This document shows, piece after piece, positions 47,982 to 59,171 of a DNA stretch of 64,000 nucleotides. Positions within the stretch are counted from its first letter, which is position 1. The number at the start of each line of letters is the position of its first letter. The position numbers were made by a program, and so were the translations under genes. The stretch is from assembly GCA_963820995.1 (NCBI GenBank), contig CAWGCL010000017.1, positions 4,729-68,728 of the forward strand. The letters run 5' to 3'. Source of the DNA: an uncultured Cytophagales bacterium. GTDB lineage: Bacteria > Bacteroidota > Bacteroidia > Cytophagales > Cyclobacteriaceae. The notes beneath the pieces were generated by a model. The model was not told the DNA's origin and searched no databases. It saw only the letters and a list, made by a program, of their open reading frames with translations.

Positions 47982-49532
47982 ATGAATCCTGTAAGAAATG
48001 AAATAGAGGAAGTCCTTCATAAGCTCGGAATTGCTGACTTAAATTCAGGGGCTTCAACTGGCAGCAAATGGCTGGACTGCCAAGGACCAAAAATAAAATC
48101 CATATCTCCCGTTGATGGAGCAGAGATTGCTGATATTTCATTAGGAGATGGATCAAATTATTCAGTAATAATAAATTCAGCCCAATCCGCTTTTCTTGAA
48201 TGGAGAAAAAAACCTGCCCCTTTACGGGGTGAAATTGTCAGGCAAATTGGAATGGAGCTAAGGAAATATAAATCTGAACTTGGAATGCTTGTTACTTATG
48301 AAATGGGCAAATCATACCAGGAAGGATTGGGTGAGGTACAGGAGATGATTGATATTTGTGACTTTGCCGTTGGATTATCCCGGCAACTTCAAGGTTTCAC
48401 CATGCACTCTGAAAGACCGGAACACCGGATGTATGAGCAATATCACCCATTAGGTATTGTTGGTATAATTTCAGCTTTTAACTTTCCTGTGGCAGTTTGG
48501 TCATGGAATGCCATGATCGCCTGGGTATGCGGTAACGTATGCCTTTGGAAACCCTCGGAAAAAGTGCCTTTATGTGCCATTGCCTGTCAAAAAATCGTTG
48601 CTAAAGTATTTGATGTAAATAATGTTCCTGAGGGTGTCAGTAATTTGATTATAGGGGATCTTGAAACTGGTAAAAAAATGGCATCTGATAAGAATATTTC
48701 TTTAATATCAGCCACAGGATCAACCCGTATGGGTAAATCTGTCGGAGCAGCTGTTGGAGCGAGATTGGGAAAGTCTATTCTTGAATTAGGTGGAAATAAT
48801 GCAATAATAATCAGTGAACATGCTGAACTGAAGCTCGCCCTTGCATCCGCAGTTTTCGGGGCAGTAGGTACTGCCGGGCAGCGCTGTACCACAACAAGGC
48901 GGTTAATAATTCATCAATCTGTTTATAATGAATTTAAATCTTTGCTTGTGAATGCATATAGCCAGTTAAAAGTTGGAGATCCACTTAATCAATCAAACCA
49001 TATAGGCCCATTAATTGATAAAGATACCGTGAAGACATTTATTGAAGCCTTGAAGGAATTGAAAAAGGAAGGGGCAATTCCATTAGTAGAGGGGGAAATA
49101 CTTGATGGTAACGGTTTTGAATCCGGATGTTATGTAAAACCAGCCATATACGAAGTGAAAAACGATATGAAAATGGTTCAGAAAGAAACTTTTGCTCCCA
49201 TATTGTATCTGATAAAATATAATTCAATCGATGAAGCTATAGCGATTCAAAACGATGTTCCACAGGGATTGAGCAGTTCAATCATGACCAATAACCTTAA
49301 GGAATCTGAAAGATTTTTGTCTCATCTGGGATCAGATTGTGGAATTGCTAATGTAAATATTGGAACTTCCGGGGCTGAAATTGGAGGTGCTTTCGGTGGC
49401 GAAAAAGATACCGGAGGCGGTCGTGAGTCAGGATCTGACGCATGGAAAGCGTATATGAGGAGGCAAACCAATACCATCAATTATGGAGATGAATTGCCCC
49501 TGGCCCAGGGTATTAAATTTAATCTGGACTAA
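47982..49532 (+). CDS. Aldehyde dehydrogenase, ALDH7-like (aminoadipate-semialdehyde / piperideine-6-carboxylate dehydrogenase type)
   Basis: It has ELGGNNA, the catalytic Cys context GTAGQRCTTTRR, and WKPSEK. Length is 516 aa. Confidence 0.7.
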   Translation: MNPVRNEIEEVLHKLGIADLNSGASTGSKWLDCQGPKIKSISPVDGAEIADISLGDGSNYSVIINSAQSAFLEWRKKPAPLRGEIVRQIGMELRKYKSELGMLVTYEMGKSYQEGLGEVQEMIDICDFAVGLSRQLQGFTMHSERPEHRMYEQYHPLGIVGIISAFNFPVAVWSWNAMIAWVCGNVCLWKPSEKVPLCAIACQKIVAKVFDVNNVPEGVSNLIIGDLETGKKMASDKNISLISATGSTRMGKSVGAAVGARLGKSILELGGNNAIIISEHAELKLALASAVFGAVGTAGQRCTTTRRLIIHQSVYNEFKSLLVNAYSQLKVGDPLNQSNHIGPLIDKDTVKTFIEALKELKKEGAIPLVEGEILDGNGFESGCYVKPAIYEVKNDMKMVQKETFAPILYLIKYNSIDEAIAIQNDVPQGLSSSIMTNNLKESERFLSHLGSDCGIANVNIGTSGAEIGGAFGGEKDTGGGRESGSDAWKAYMRRQTNTINYGDELPLAQGIKFNLD

Positions 49533-49637
49533 GCGAATACATTTCACATGTATGAAATTATTTTATTTGAATTCAAAGAATTAAATAAAAAGCATTAAAT
49601 TAGGCACTGATAACCAATATTCTTAGATCAATCAATT

Positions 49638-50057
49638 ATGGCAGGATCCTCGAAAAGTAAATTTAAAGCTGTAATGTTAATAGATGATAATGAGATCGAT
49701 AATCTCATTAATCAAAAAATGATTGAAGCCGCTGATATTACTGAAAATATATACACCCATACAGGCGCTAAAAGCGCAATAGAGTTTCTTAAAAACCTTG
49801 AAAAACTAGAAGACGTTGGAAATAACATTCTTCCGGAGGTTATTTTCCTGGATATAGATATGCCTTTAATGGATGGATTTCAATTTCTGGATGAATTTGA
49901 TAAGCTTGGATCTGTGACTAAAGAAAAGTGCAAGATTGTTATGCTTACTTCATCAATCAATCCACAGGATGTAAATAAGTCCAAAAATTACACCTACGTT
50001 AAAAAGTATATCAATAAGCCATTATCTCAGGAGAACCTTGAAAATCTGAGCGTATAA
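49638..50057 (+). CDS. Stand-alone response regulator receiver domain
   Basis: 139 aa. It has acidic-pocket DD residues (LIDDNEID), a phospho-acceptor context FLDIDMPLMDG, and a conserved MLTSS and K. Confidence 0.8.
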   Translation: MAGSSKSKFKAVMLIDDNEIDNLINQKMIEAADITENIYTHTGAKSAIEFLKNLEKLEDVGNNILPEVIFLDIDMPLMDGFQFLDEFDKLGSVTKEKCKIVMLTSSINPQDVNKSKNYTYVKKYINKPLSQENLENLSV

Positions 50058-50063
50058 AAAGAT

Positions 50064-51512
50064 TTAATTAGAAGCCAGACTTGCAATAAATTCTTCATCA
50101 GCTGGCACCAGCAATGTGGGCATAAAGCTTAAAAATTCGTAAGATCTGAGTTTCTCTGCGAGTAGACCTATCTTTTCATGCTTATTTTTCTTCGCATCGC
50201 TCTGGCTTATCTTCAGGATCTTAGAGAAAACAAGCAAATGTTCACATTTCTCTTTACCCAGTAGCCGGATCTGTCTTTGAATGCTGTTGATCAACTGGTG
50301 AAACAGATCATAGTCGTCAAGCAGGCAGTACTGTAAGGCCAGCAGCAGTTTCACTTCAAGATGCGCATAAGGAAATCTCTTAAGACTTACCGTATTCAAT
50401 AATTGATTGATCCATTTGGCAGCCTCATCATATTTTTTCGCATAATAACATGAAAGTGAACGATAGCAGCAATAGATCAAATAGTTAGGAATATCATTTG
50501 TGTCACTCTCAAAATCATGGAACAAGCCATCATTTTCTTCATAGATCCTGTCCAGCGTTTTCATCCTCATATGCCTTTTGATCTTGCTGATTAGGAATTG
50601 ACCCGGGAAGGTATAAAGGGAATAATTTGTAATTAAGGTAGCCACAGATTCATTTACGGAATCGTAAAATTCTTCAGCTTTTCTATAAACTTTATAGTGG
50701 TTATAATATTCCAGCTTTAGGAACTCAAAAACATTTTGAAGATGATAGTAATTTGAATCAAGTTCATAAAACTGAAATATTTTCTGGATCTCATTTAGTA
50801 AATCTTCAATAGGTTCCAGTTCCATCTCCAGTTCCTCATCTGTCTCCACAAATAACCTGTGAAATATATTCAGGCAACTCTGGTATACAAACAATCTGTG
50901 TGATTCGTACAGTTTAGTTACATTATTTGTTTCAGTACGTAATAATTTTAATTCAAGGTCAGAGCGTTCATTCCTTCCCATCATGGCAAAAACACCATAT
51001 TTTTTAAAATATTCCGCCAGCAGGTCTTCGGCTTTGTCAACTGCAAGGGTATAAGCTACATGTCTGTTGTAAAGTTGTGAATAAGTAAATGAATCATTGC
51101 CATTTATATTTAATTTCTTAAGTGATTTATATACAATGGTCAGTTCATTTGACAGATCATAATCCAGTAGTTCTTTTTCCAGTTTCTTCAAAGTTGCAAT
51201 GGCGATGGCCTTCTTTTTAGTAAAAAGGATCTCATTTATATTAGCAACTTTTTTGAGAATATCTGCCCTTGGATTATCCATTTGTTGCAACAAATATTCC
51301 TCAATCTTTTGATTCAACCTTGATCTGAGGGTATAATAAGCATTTGTATTTACTTCCAGCTCTTCCATGACTTTGGCATCAGACTGATGCTTTTCCCTCA
51401 TGGATTTGAGCAGATATGCTGACTTTTCAGCATTACTCTCGTTCAAAGATTCGTAAATTGCCTGATAGTCTTCGACTGAGAGCTGTTTGATTATATTCTT
51501 AAGCTTGGCCAT
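50064..51512 (-). CDS. Hypothetical all-alpha protein (TPR-like?), unknown function
   Basis: 482-aa clean ORF rich in helix-forming residues. I recognised no catalytic motif. Confidence 0.4.
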   Translation of the reverse strand: MAKLKNIIKQLSVEDYQAIYESLNESNAEKSAYLLKSMREKHQSDAKVMEELEVNTNAYYTLRSRLNQKIEEYLLQQMDNPRADILKKVANINEILFTKKKAIAIATLKKLEKELLDYDLSNELTIVYKSLKKLNINGNDSFTYSQLYNRHVAYTLAVDKAEDLLAEYFKKYGVFAMMGRNERSDLELKLLRTETNNVTKLYESHRLFVYQSCLNIFHRLFVETDEELEMELEPIEDLLNEIQKIFQFYELDSNYYHLQNVFEFLKLEYYNHYKVYRKAEEFYDSVNESVATLITNYSLYTFPGQFLISKIKRHMRMKTLDRIYEENDGLFHDFESDTNDIPNYLIYCCYRSLSCYYAKKYDEAAKWINQLLNTVSLKRFPYAHLEVKLLLALQYCLLDDYDLFHQLINSIQRQIRLLGKEKCEHLLVFSKILKISQSDAKKNKHEKIGLLAEKLRSYEFLSFMPTLLVPADEEFIASLASN

Positions 51513-51698
51513 TCAAGAACAAAAATTTTTGGTATAAATGAAATTAACACAAAGCAAATGGAAGCTTTAAATGTAATATTTTTAATGAAAATTAAAAATT
51601 TTTTCACAATAATTCGGGACCATAGCACTCAAAAAAAAAACAAAATGACCCAATAAATTAGAATTGAATCCCCTTTTTAGATCATTATATTTATAGAT

Positions 51699-53172
51699 TC
51701 AGGCAAGCTCCCACAATGATTCGTCTCGTGCTTCAAGAAGAGATTTCTCTCCCATCAGGAAGCGGTCAGCACTTCTGGCAGCTTCTCTTCCTTCAGCAAT
51801 AGCCCACACCACAAGTGATTGCCCCCTTCGCATATCCCCTGCCGTAAACACCTTATCATTATTGGTTTGATATCCATTGTCAACTACATTTCCACGTTCA
51901 TCAACAGAGATTTCCAGTTGTCCAATTACATTATCATGTTCCGGATGTACGAATCCTATTGAAAGTAATGCCAGATCACACGGTAATGTCCTTTCAGTTT
52001 CTGGAACTTCTTTGAATTCTGACCTGCCGGTATTTTTATTAACGGTCCATTTAATATCCACCACCTTAAGTCCTTTAACATGGCCTTTATTATCAGAGAT
52101 GAACTCCTTGGTCAGAATCGACCAGTGTCGTTCACATCCTTCTTCATGGGATGAAGAAGTCCTTAATATCATGGGCCATTGAGGCCAGGGATTATTAGCA
52201 TTTCTGTTATCAGGAGGTTTTGTCAATAATTCGAGTTGTGTTACTGATTTAGCTCCGTGGCGGTTAGAAGTACCAACGCAATCTGATCCGGTATCCCCTC
52301 CACCAATTACGATAACACTTTTATCGGTAGCAAAGATCTCGTCTTTTCTCATGAATTTACCTCCTGCAACTCGCTTGTTTTGCTGAGTAAGGAATTCCAT
52401 TGCGAAATGGATGCCTTTCAAGTCCCTTCCAGGAATCGGAAGGTCTCTGGGAACAGTAGAACCTCCGCATAAGTATTATGGCATCATATTCGACCATCAA
52501 TTCGTTGGCATTCACGTTTTTACCAACTTCAGAATTGGTCTTAAACACAATACCGGCTTCCATCATTAAGTTGATTCTTCTGTCAATGATCCATTTTTCC
52601 AGTTTAAAATCAGGAATGCCATATCGCAACAATCCACCAATTCGGTCGTCCCTTTCAAATACAGTAACCCAATGCCCTGCTTTATTCATCTGGGAAGCTG
52701 CGGCCAGACCAGCAGGTCCGGAACCTACAATAGCGACCTTTTTACCTGTTCTTTTAGCAGGAATATGTGGTTTAACAAGACCTAATTCAAAGGCTTTCTC
52801 TACAATAGACTTCTCAATATATTCTATAGTAACAGGAGGATTATTGATACCCAAAACACATGAAGCTTCGCATGGTGCCGGGCATATCCTTCCTGTAAAC
52901 TCTGGAAAATTATTTGTGGAGGTCAAGATCTGATAGGCTTTTTCCCAATCTTCTTTGTAGACGGCATCATTGAACTCAGGAATAATATTCCCAAGAGGAC
53001 AACCACTATGACAAAATGGTACCCCACAATCCATACATCTTGCTGCCTGATCTAAGGTTTTCTGCTCACCAAAATCCAGGTATATTTCCTTATAATCTTT
53101 TATTCTTTCCTTGGAATCTTTTGCCTTTGGCAATTCCCTTTCAAATTCTAAAAATCCAGTTGGTTTTCCCAT
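51699..53172 (-). pseudogene. gltD: Glutamate synthase small subunit GltD, frame interrupted near 52470
   Basis: The N-terminal part is ...[17 protein letters not shown]...[16 protein letters not shown]...EYDAIIL. It continues in the +1-related frame as [27 protein letters not shown]...IVIGGGDTGSDC...FTAGDMRRGQSLVVWAI. The repaired length is 490 aa. Confidence 0.85.
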
Positions 53173-53183
53173 GTATTTATATC

Positions 53184-56100
53184 TTAAACTATTGCCTGTT
53201 CTTTTGCTTTATTCTTTAATAATACTGCTTTATAATCCCTTGGCATTACCTTTACAAAACTTTGAACAGCATTTTCAAAATCTTCTAAAATATCTTTGGC
53301 TATGCCACTGTTGGTAAAGGATCGATGATTTTTTATAAGCCTTTGTAGTCTGCTTAAATCTTCTTCTTCCAGTGGATCAAAATCAACCATCTCTTTATTA
53401 CAATTTATAGCAAATATATTTTCGGGATCATAAACATAAGCTACCCCGCCACTCATTCCAGCGGCAAAATTCCTTCCTGTTGGCCCGAGGATTATAGCAT
53501 AGCCACCGGTCATGTATTCACATCCATGATCACCAACACCCTCAACAACAGCCGTAACTCCCGAATTTCTTACACAGAAACGTTCACCAGCCATACCCCG
53601 GATATAAGCCTCACCGGAAGTAGCTCCATAAAATGCAACATTTCCGATAATTATATTCTTTTTGGCCTCAAACTTGGCACTACGGTCAGGGTAAATGATC
53701 AACTGAGCACCAGACAATCCTTTTCCAAAGTAATCATTGGCTTCTCCCTCAAGATCGAATCGTATTCCTTTTGTACTGAAAGCCCCAAAACTCTGTCCAG
53801 CAGATCCTCTAAATTTGATATTAATGGTTCCTTCGGGCAATCCGACACTTCCAAATTTCTTAGAGATCTCATTTGATAACATGGCGCCTACTGCCCGATC
53901 TGTATTTCGGATATCAAATTCTGCAGTGACGGGTTCAGCATTTTCCAAAGCTGGTTTCGAAATATCAATAAGCGTCAGGTCCAGAATCCGATCAAGTTCA
54001 TGATCCTGCTCCATCTGTTTGTATAAACCTACAGTTTCAGGTGCATCTATCTTTGTTATGATCGGTTTCAGGTCCAGGGTTTTCAATTTCCAGAAATCGA
54101 GGTCTTCTTTAACCCTGAGGACGTCAGCTTGTCCAACCATTTCATTGATAGTCCTGAATCCAAGCCCAGCCATTATTTCTCGCAATTCTTCGGCCAGGAA
54201 TGTGAAGAAATTCACCACATGGTCTGGGTTTCCGGAAAATACTTTACGTAATTCCGGTTTCTGTGTCGCTATTCCTACAGGACAGGTATTCATATGACAT
54301 TTTCTCATCAAAATACAGCCTTCTACAACCAATGCAGCAGTAGCTACACCCCATTCTTCAGCACCCAACAAAGTAGCGATAGCTAAGTCTCTTCCTGTTC
54401 GCATCTGACCATCCACCTGGACTGTGATGCGACTCCTAAGGTCGTTAAGGACAAGGGTCTGATGTGTTTCTGACAAGCCAAGCTCCCAGGGCAATCCGGC
54501 ATGCCGGATTGAACTCATTGGCGAGGCTCCTGTGCCACCATCAAATCCACTGATCAATACCACATCGGCTTTCCCTTTGGCCACGCCAGCAGCAATGGTT
54601 CCGACACCAATTTCAGATACCAGTTTAACATTTATCCTGGCTTCTCTGTTGGCATTCTTAAGATCGTATATCAACTGGGCCAGGTCCTCAATAGAATAAA
54701 TATCGTGATGCGGGGGTGGAGAAATCAATCCTACTCCAGGTGTAGAATGTCTAACACGACCGATCCATTCATCCACCTTATGCCCCGGCAATTGGCCCCC
54801 TTCGCCAGGTTTCGCTCCCTGGGCAATTTTAATCTGAAGTTCATTGGCGTTAGTAAGGTAATTACTAGTCACACCAAACCGTCCGGAAGCAACTTGCTTA
54901 ATGGCTGATCGTTCCCAATCTCCATTCTTTTTGCGTTTGAACCGAATTTCATCTTCTCCTCCTTCGCCACTATTGCTTTTAGCTCCAATCCGGTTCATGG
55001 CAATGGCCAGGGTGGAGTGGGCTTCATGAGAAATAGAACCAAACGACATGGCCCCTGTTGCAAACCTTTTGAATATTTCTTCCTTAGATTCAACTTCCTC
55101 CAGTGGTATAGGATCTCTTTCTGAAAACTGCAGCAGGCTTCTAAGTGTAATGGCCTTCTCAGATTGAATATTTACTTTTTCAGCGTACTGCTTATATATT
55201 TCATAACTGTCATTTCTTGAGGCTTGTTGTAAGAGTGAGATCGTATCCGGATTGAACAGGTGCTCCTCTCCTCGTCTCATCCACTGGTATACTCCACCGA
55301 CCTCCAGGGTGTTAACCGGAATAGGCTTTTCAGGGAAGGCCAATCTATGTCGGACAAGAATTTCCTTGGCAATACCCTCGAGATCAAGGCCTTCAATTCT
55401 CGAAACAGTTCCCGTAAAATATTTATCAACAACTGATTTGCTCAATCCAATGGCTTCAAAGATCTGCGCACCATGGTAAGATTGCAGTGTAGATATTCCC
55501 ATTTTAGAAAATATCTTTAATAATCCTCCGCCAACAGCTTTGACATAGTTCTTCTCAGCTTGTTCAGGCGTGAGCTCCTTGCTGACAAGCGTGCTATCAT
55601 GTATGTTCCTTACAGTATCCAGTACAAGGTAAGGATTAACGGCGTTAGCCCCATATCCTATAAGAGTTGCATAATGATGTGTTTCCCAAATATCACCTGC
55701 TTCAACCACAAGACCGGCCCTGACCCTTCGTCCATTTTTAACCAGATGATGATGGATTGCACCTACTGCAAGTAATGATGGTATTGGAGCCTTGTCCTTA
55801 CCCGTTGCCCTGTCAGTAAGTATTAGGATGTTGGCTCCATCGTGAATAATGCCAAAATCAGCATCATTGCTGATCCTCTTAATGGCGCTTTCCAGTCCTT
55901 TCTTTCCTTCTTTGGGATCAAATGTTATATCAATACTGCTAACCCTGAAATTCGTATGTTTTATATGTCGAATTTTATTAAGCTCAAAATTGCTGATAAC
56001 GGGTTGAGGTAAATATATCTGCTTGACATGAAGTGGCGTTTGAGATAATATGTTCCAGGTTCTCCCCAGGCTTGTATATAACGACATGACAATCCGCTCA

Positions 56101-57707
56101 CGGAGGGGATCTATTGGTGGGTTGCTGACCTGGGCAAACAACTGTTTGAAATAACTGGAAAGATGTTGGCTCTTATGAGATAATACGGCCAATGGTGTAT
56201 CTGCGCCCATAGAGCCGATCGGTTCTTTACCATCTTCTATCATGGGTGCCAGTATCATTTTCAAATCTTCGGAAGTATAGCCAAAAGCCCTTTGTTTATT
56301 GAGTAATGATGTGGGATCATAGGGATGGCTATCCTCTTCAACTTCGGGAATTTCATCTATTCCTATCTCATTGTATTTGATCCATTCATCAAATGGTTTC
56401 ATTGAAATGATTTCTTCCTTCACCTCTTCATCACTTACGATCCTTCCCTTTTCAAGGTCCGCTATAAACATCCTTCCAGGTTGTAGTCTTCCCTTAAGCA
56501 CAACCTTTGACTGATCAACAGGAAGCGCTCCGGCTTCTGATGCCATGATTACAAGACCATCTTCAGTTAGGCAATACCTGGAAGGCCGTAAACCATTTCT
56601 ATCCAGGGTAGCGCCCACGATTTTTCCATCTGTAAAGCATATGGAGGCCGGACCATCCCATGGCTCCATTAAGGCAGCATGATATTGATAAAATTCCTTT
56701 CTTTTCTGATCCATTTGATCATGTTCCTGCCATGCTTCAGGAATTAACATCATCATAACATGTGGAAGTGACCTTCCACCCATAACCAATAATTCAATCA
56801 CCGCATCAAGATTTGCGGAATCTGAATGATATGAATCGCATATGGGAAGAAGCATTTGTATTTCTTCCTTTGTAAAAAGAGTAGATTCAAGCAGCGTCTG
56901 ATTGGAAAGCATCCAGTTTACATTACCCTTGATAGTATTGATCTCACCATTATGGGCAATGTAGCGGAATGGTTGGGCAAGTTTCCAGTTGGGGAAAGTA
57001 TTGGTAGAAAATCTCGAATGGATCAGTGCAAAAGCAGACAGTACATTCGGATCCATCAGGTCAGTAAAATAAGATTCAAGCTGAAATGTAGTAAGTTGTC
57101 CTTTGTAGGATATGGTCTTGCTTGAAAATGTTGGAATATAGAAAAATCCATTATTCTCTTTAACATTTTTACCAATGGTATGGGTCGTATGGCGTCTTAA
57201 AACGTATAATTTCCTTTCTAAAGCTTCCGGATCATCACAAAATTCCTCATGGGTTACGAATACTTGTTCTATCTGGGGTTCTAACGATAAAGCTGTATTG
57301 CCAACACCTTCATTATTAATTGGAACCTTACGGTATCCCAATAATTTAAAGCCCATCTTCCTGATATTTATATTGAGAATGGTCCTGCATTCTTCCCTGA
57401 TGTTTTCGTCCTTGGGGAAGAATAGCATTCCAACTCCATATTTTCCTTGTTCAGGTAATTCTATATTAATTTTGGCACATTCCTTCTCGAAAAACTCATG
57501 AGGTATCTGAACTAGAATACCTGCCCCATCACCTGTCTCCGGCTCACAGCCACAACCACCACGATGCTCCATATTCCTCAGCATGATTAGCGAGTCCTCA
57601 ACCAGCTTATGAGTCCGCTTTGCTTTTAGATTGGCCAGAAAACCAATCCCACATGCATCATGTTCCATACTTGGATCATACAGTCCTTTTCTCTTCTGTA
57701 TTGTCAT
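53184..57707 (-). CDS. gltB: Glutamate synthase large subunit GltB
   Basis: 1507 aa. The Ntn amidotransferase start is [13 protein letters not shown]/Fe-S region motifs and a C-terminal GXGXG domain are present. Confidence 0.95.
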   Translation of the reverse strand: MTIQKRKGLYDPSMEHDACGIGFLANLKAKRTHKLVEDSLIMLRNMEHRGGCGCEPETGDGAGILVQIPHEFFEKECAKINIELPEQGKYGVGMLFFPKDENIREECRTILNINIRKMGFKLLGYRKVPINNEGVGNTALSLEPQIEQVFVTHEEFCDDPEALERKLYVLRRHTTHTIGKNVKENNGFFYIPTFSSKTISYKGQLTTFQLESYFTDLMDPNVLSAFALIHSRFSTNTFPNWKLAQPFRYIAHNGEINTIKGNVNWMLSNQTLLESTLFTKEEIQMLLPICDSYHSDSANLDAVIELLVMGGRSLPHVMMMLIPEAWQEHDQMDQKRKEFYQYHAALMEPWDGPASICFTDGKIVGATLDRNGLRPSRYCLTEDGLVIMASEAGALPVDQSKVVLKGRLQPGRMFIADLEKGRIVSDEEVKEEIISMKPFDEWIKYNEIGIDEIPEVEEDSHPYDPTSLLNKQRAFGYTSEDLKMILAPMIEDGKEPIGSMGADTPLAVLSHKSQHLSSYFKQLFAQVSNPPIDPLRERIVMSLYTSLGRTWNILSQTPLHVKQIYLPQPVISNFELNKIRHIKHTNFRVSSIDITFDPKEGKKGLESAIKRISNDADFGIIHDGANILILTDRATGKDKAPIPSLLAVGAIHHHLVKNGRRVRAGLVVEAGDIWETHHYATLIGYGANAVNPYLVLDTVRNIHDSTLVSKELTPEQAEKNYVKAVGGGLLKIFSKMGISTLQSYHGAQIFEAIGLSKSVVDKYFTGTVSRIEGLDLEGIAKEILVRHRLAFPEKPIPVNTLEVGGVYQWMRRGEEHLFNPDTISLLQQASRNDSYEIYKQYAEKVNIQSEKAITLRSLLQFSERDPIPLEEVESKEEIFKRFATGAMSFGSISHEAHSTLAIAMNRIGAKSNSGEGGEDEIRFKRKKNGDWERSAIKQVASGRFGVTSNYLTNANELQIKIAQGAKPGEGGQLPGHKVDEWIGRVRHSTPGVGLISPPPHHDIYSIEDLAQLIYDLKNANREARINVKLVSEIGVGTIAAGVAKGKADVVLISGFDGGTGASPMSSIRHAGLPWELGLSETHQTLVLNDLRSRITVQVDGQMRTGRDLAIATLLGAEEWGVATAALVVEGCILMRKCHMNTCPVGIATQKPELRKVFSGNPDHVVNFFTFLAEELREIMAGLGFRTINEMVGQADVLRVKEDLDFWKLKTLDLKPIITKIDAPETVGLYKQMEQDHELDRILDLTLIDISKPALENAEPVTAEFDIRNTDRAVGAMLSNEISKKFGSVGLPEGTINIKFRGSAGQSFGAFSTKGIRFDLEGEANDYFGKGLSGAQLIIYPDRSAKFEAKKNIIIGNVAFYGATSGEAYIRGMAGERFCVRNSGVTAVVEGVGDHGCEYMTGGYAIILGPTGRNFAAGMSGGVAYVYDPENIFAINCNKEMVDFDPLEEEDLSRLQRLIKNHRSFTNSGIAKDILEDFENAVQSFVKVMPRDYKAVLLKNKAKEQAIV

Positions 57708-57883
57708 CTATTTGAAATTTTATAAAAAATTATCTTAACCCATTACCTGTAAAAACAATTTATTATTGCTTACAGATCTATTCTTAACAGAATATTATTT
57801 TGAAATGACCAGAATGCTTGCAATAAAATATTGCCTTCTGGGTAAAAACTTGCAAAGTTGCAATTTTTTAGAGTAAAAGCCCT

Positions 57884-57891
57884 CAAAAATA
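57884..57891 (-). promoter_or_regulatory. Candidate -7 box for gltBD (TATTTTTG on the minus strand)
   Basis: The plus-strand CAAAAATA at 57884-57891 is TAnnTTTG on the gltB strand. It lies about 180 nt upstream of the gltB ATG. Confidence 0.25.
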
Positions 57892-57977
57892 CAAAATTCT
57901 GCTGATTTATTGAATTCTAGTTAAAAAAATTATTAATCCATTAAATCTATCTCATTCAAAAAATATCAGTAGAAAGC

Positions 57978-59159
57978 TCATATCTTTTCCCTGGATAAAA
58001 CGCGGTATAAGTTTTTAACCAGGCTATCAATTTCCCTCTTTCTCACGATTAAGGGAGGTAAAAGCCTGATTGTTTTTTCAGCGGTACAGTTTACCAGAAA
58101 CCCTCTTTCCAGCATTTTTATCATAATCGGTCGGCAAGGAACTTTAAGTTCAATTCCAACCATAAGTCCCATTCCCCTAACTTCATTTACAATAGATAAT
58201 TTCCTGGTCATTTTTTCAAGCCTGGACAATAGGTACATGCCCTGCTTTTGGGCATTTTCAATGAGTTCCTTGTTTATTATGGTAGTAACGACTGCTTCAG
58301 CTACACTACATGCCAGGGGATTCCCACCAAATGTTGTACCATGGTCACCATATGTAAATCCTCTGGATATTTCATCGGTAGTCAATACGGCTCCAATTGG
58401 AAAACCGCCACCAAGTGCTTTTGCAACTGTTATGATATCGGGTTTTATTCCAAAATGCATATGACCAAACAAATTACCTGTTCGTCCGAAACCGGTTTGT
58501 ATCTCATCAAAAATAAGGAGAACATCATTCTCCTTACAATGCTGATGAAGCTCTGCAATAAATTCCTTATGAGCCGGAATAACACCTCCTTCTCCCTGTA
58601 CAGCTTCAACAAATACGGCGATTGTATCCTTGTTTATATTTTCTATAGCAGTCTTCAGGTCATTAAATGGTAATTTCAAAAATCCCGCAGGTAAAGGAGC
58701 GAAACCCTTTTGTAATTTTTCTGATCCCATCGATATGGATGCGATAGACCGTCCGTGAAAAGCTCCGGTAAAAGAAACTATAGGGCCTTTTTTCCCTTTT
58801 TGATTCCCTATCTTGCGTGCAAGTTTAATGGCAGCTTCATTTGCCTCCAATCCCGAATTACAAAAGAAGACTCTTTCATATCCACTCAAGCCACAAAGAA
58901 GTTTGGCCAGTCGTGCCTGGGGAACGGTATAATATATATTCGAAGTGTGAATTAATCTTTGTGATTGGTTCCGGATAGCCTTTATTATTGCTGGATGGCT
59001 GTGGCCAAGCGCATTGACTGCAATTCCAGAAAGAAAATCCAGATATTTATCTCCTTTTGAGTCCCATACATTTATGCCTTTGCCTTTTACGAGGGTAACA
59101 GGCAATCGACGGTATAAGTCAAAATGATAAGACTTTTCTAACTCTTGTGTTGAGTCCAT
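57978..59159 (-). CDS. argD: Acetylornithine/class III aminotransferase
   Basis: 393 aa with class III PLP motifs (FCNSGLEANEAA, DEIQTGFGRTG, and the TVAKALGGG lysine). Confidence 0.8.
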   Translation of the reverse strand: MDSTQELEKSYHFDLYRRLPVTLVKGKGINVWDSKGDKYLDFLSGIAVNALGHSHPAIIKAIRNQSQRLIHTSNIYYTVPQARLAKLLCGLSGYERVFFCNSGLEANEAAIKLARKIGNQKGKKGPIVSFTGAFHGRSIASISMGSEKLQKGFAPLPAGFLKLPFNDLKTAIENINKDTIAVFVEAVQGEGGVIPAHKEFIAELHQHCKENDVLLIFDEIQTGFGRTGNLFGHMHFGIKPDIITVAKALGGGFPIGAVLTTDEISRGFTYGDHGTTFGGNPLACSVAEAVVTTIINKELIENAQKQGMYLLSRLEKMTRKLSIVNEVRGMGLMVGIELKVPCRPIMIKMLERGFLVNCTAEKTIRLLPPLIVRKREIDSLVKNLYRVLSREKI

Positions 59160-59171
59160 AACGAAAAATAT

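Noticed and set aside
53016-53317. Small plus-strand ORFs (67 and 68 aa) at the gltB/gltD junction
   Set aside because: They are antisense to the conserved N-terminus of gltD and C-terminus of gltB. The real intergenic gap is only 11 nt.
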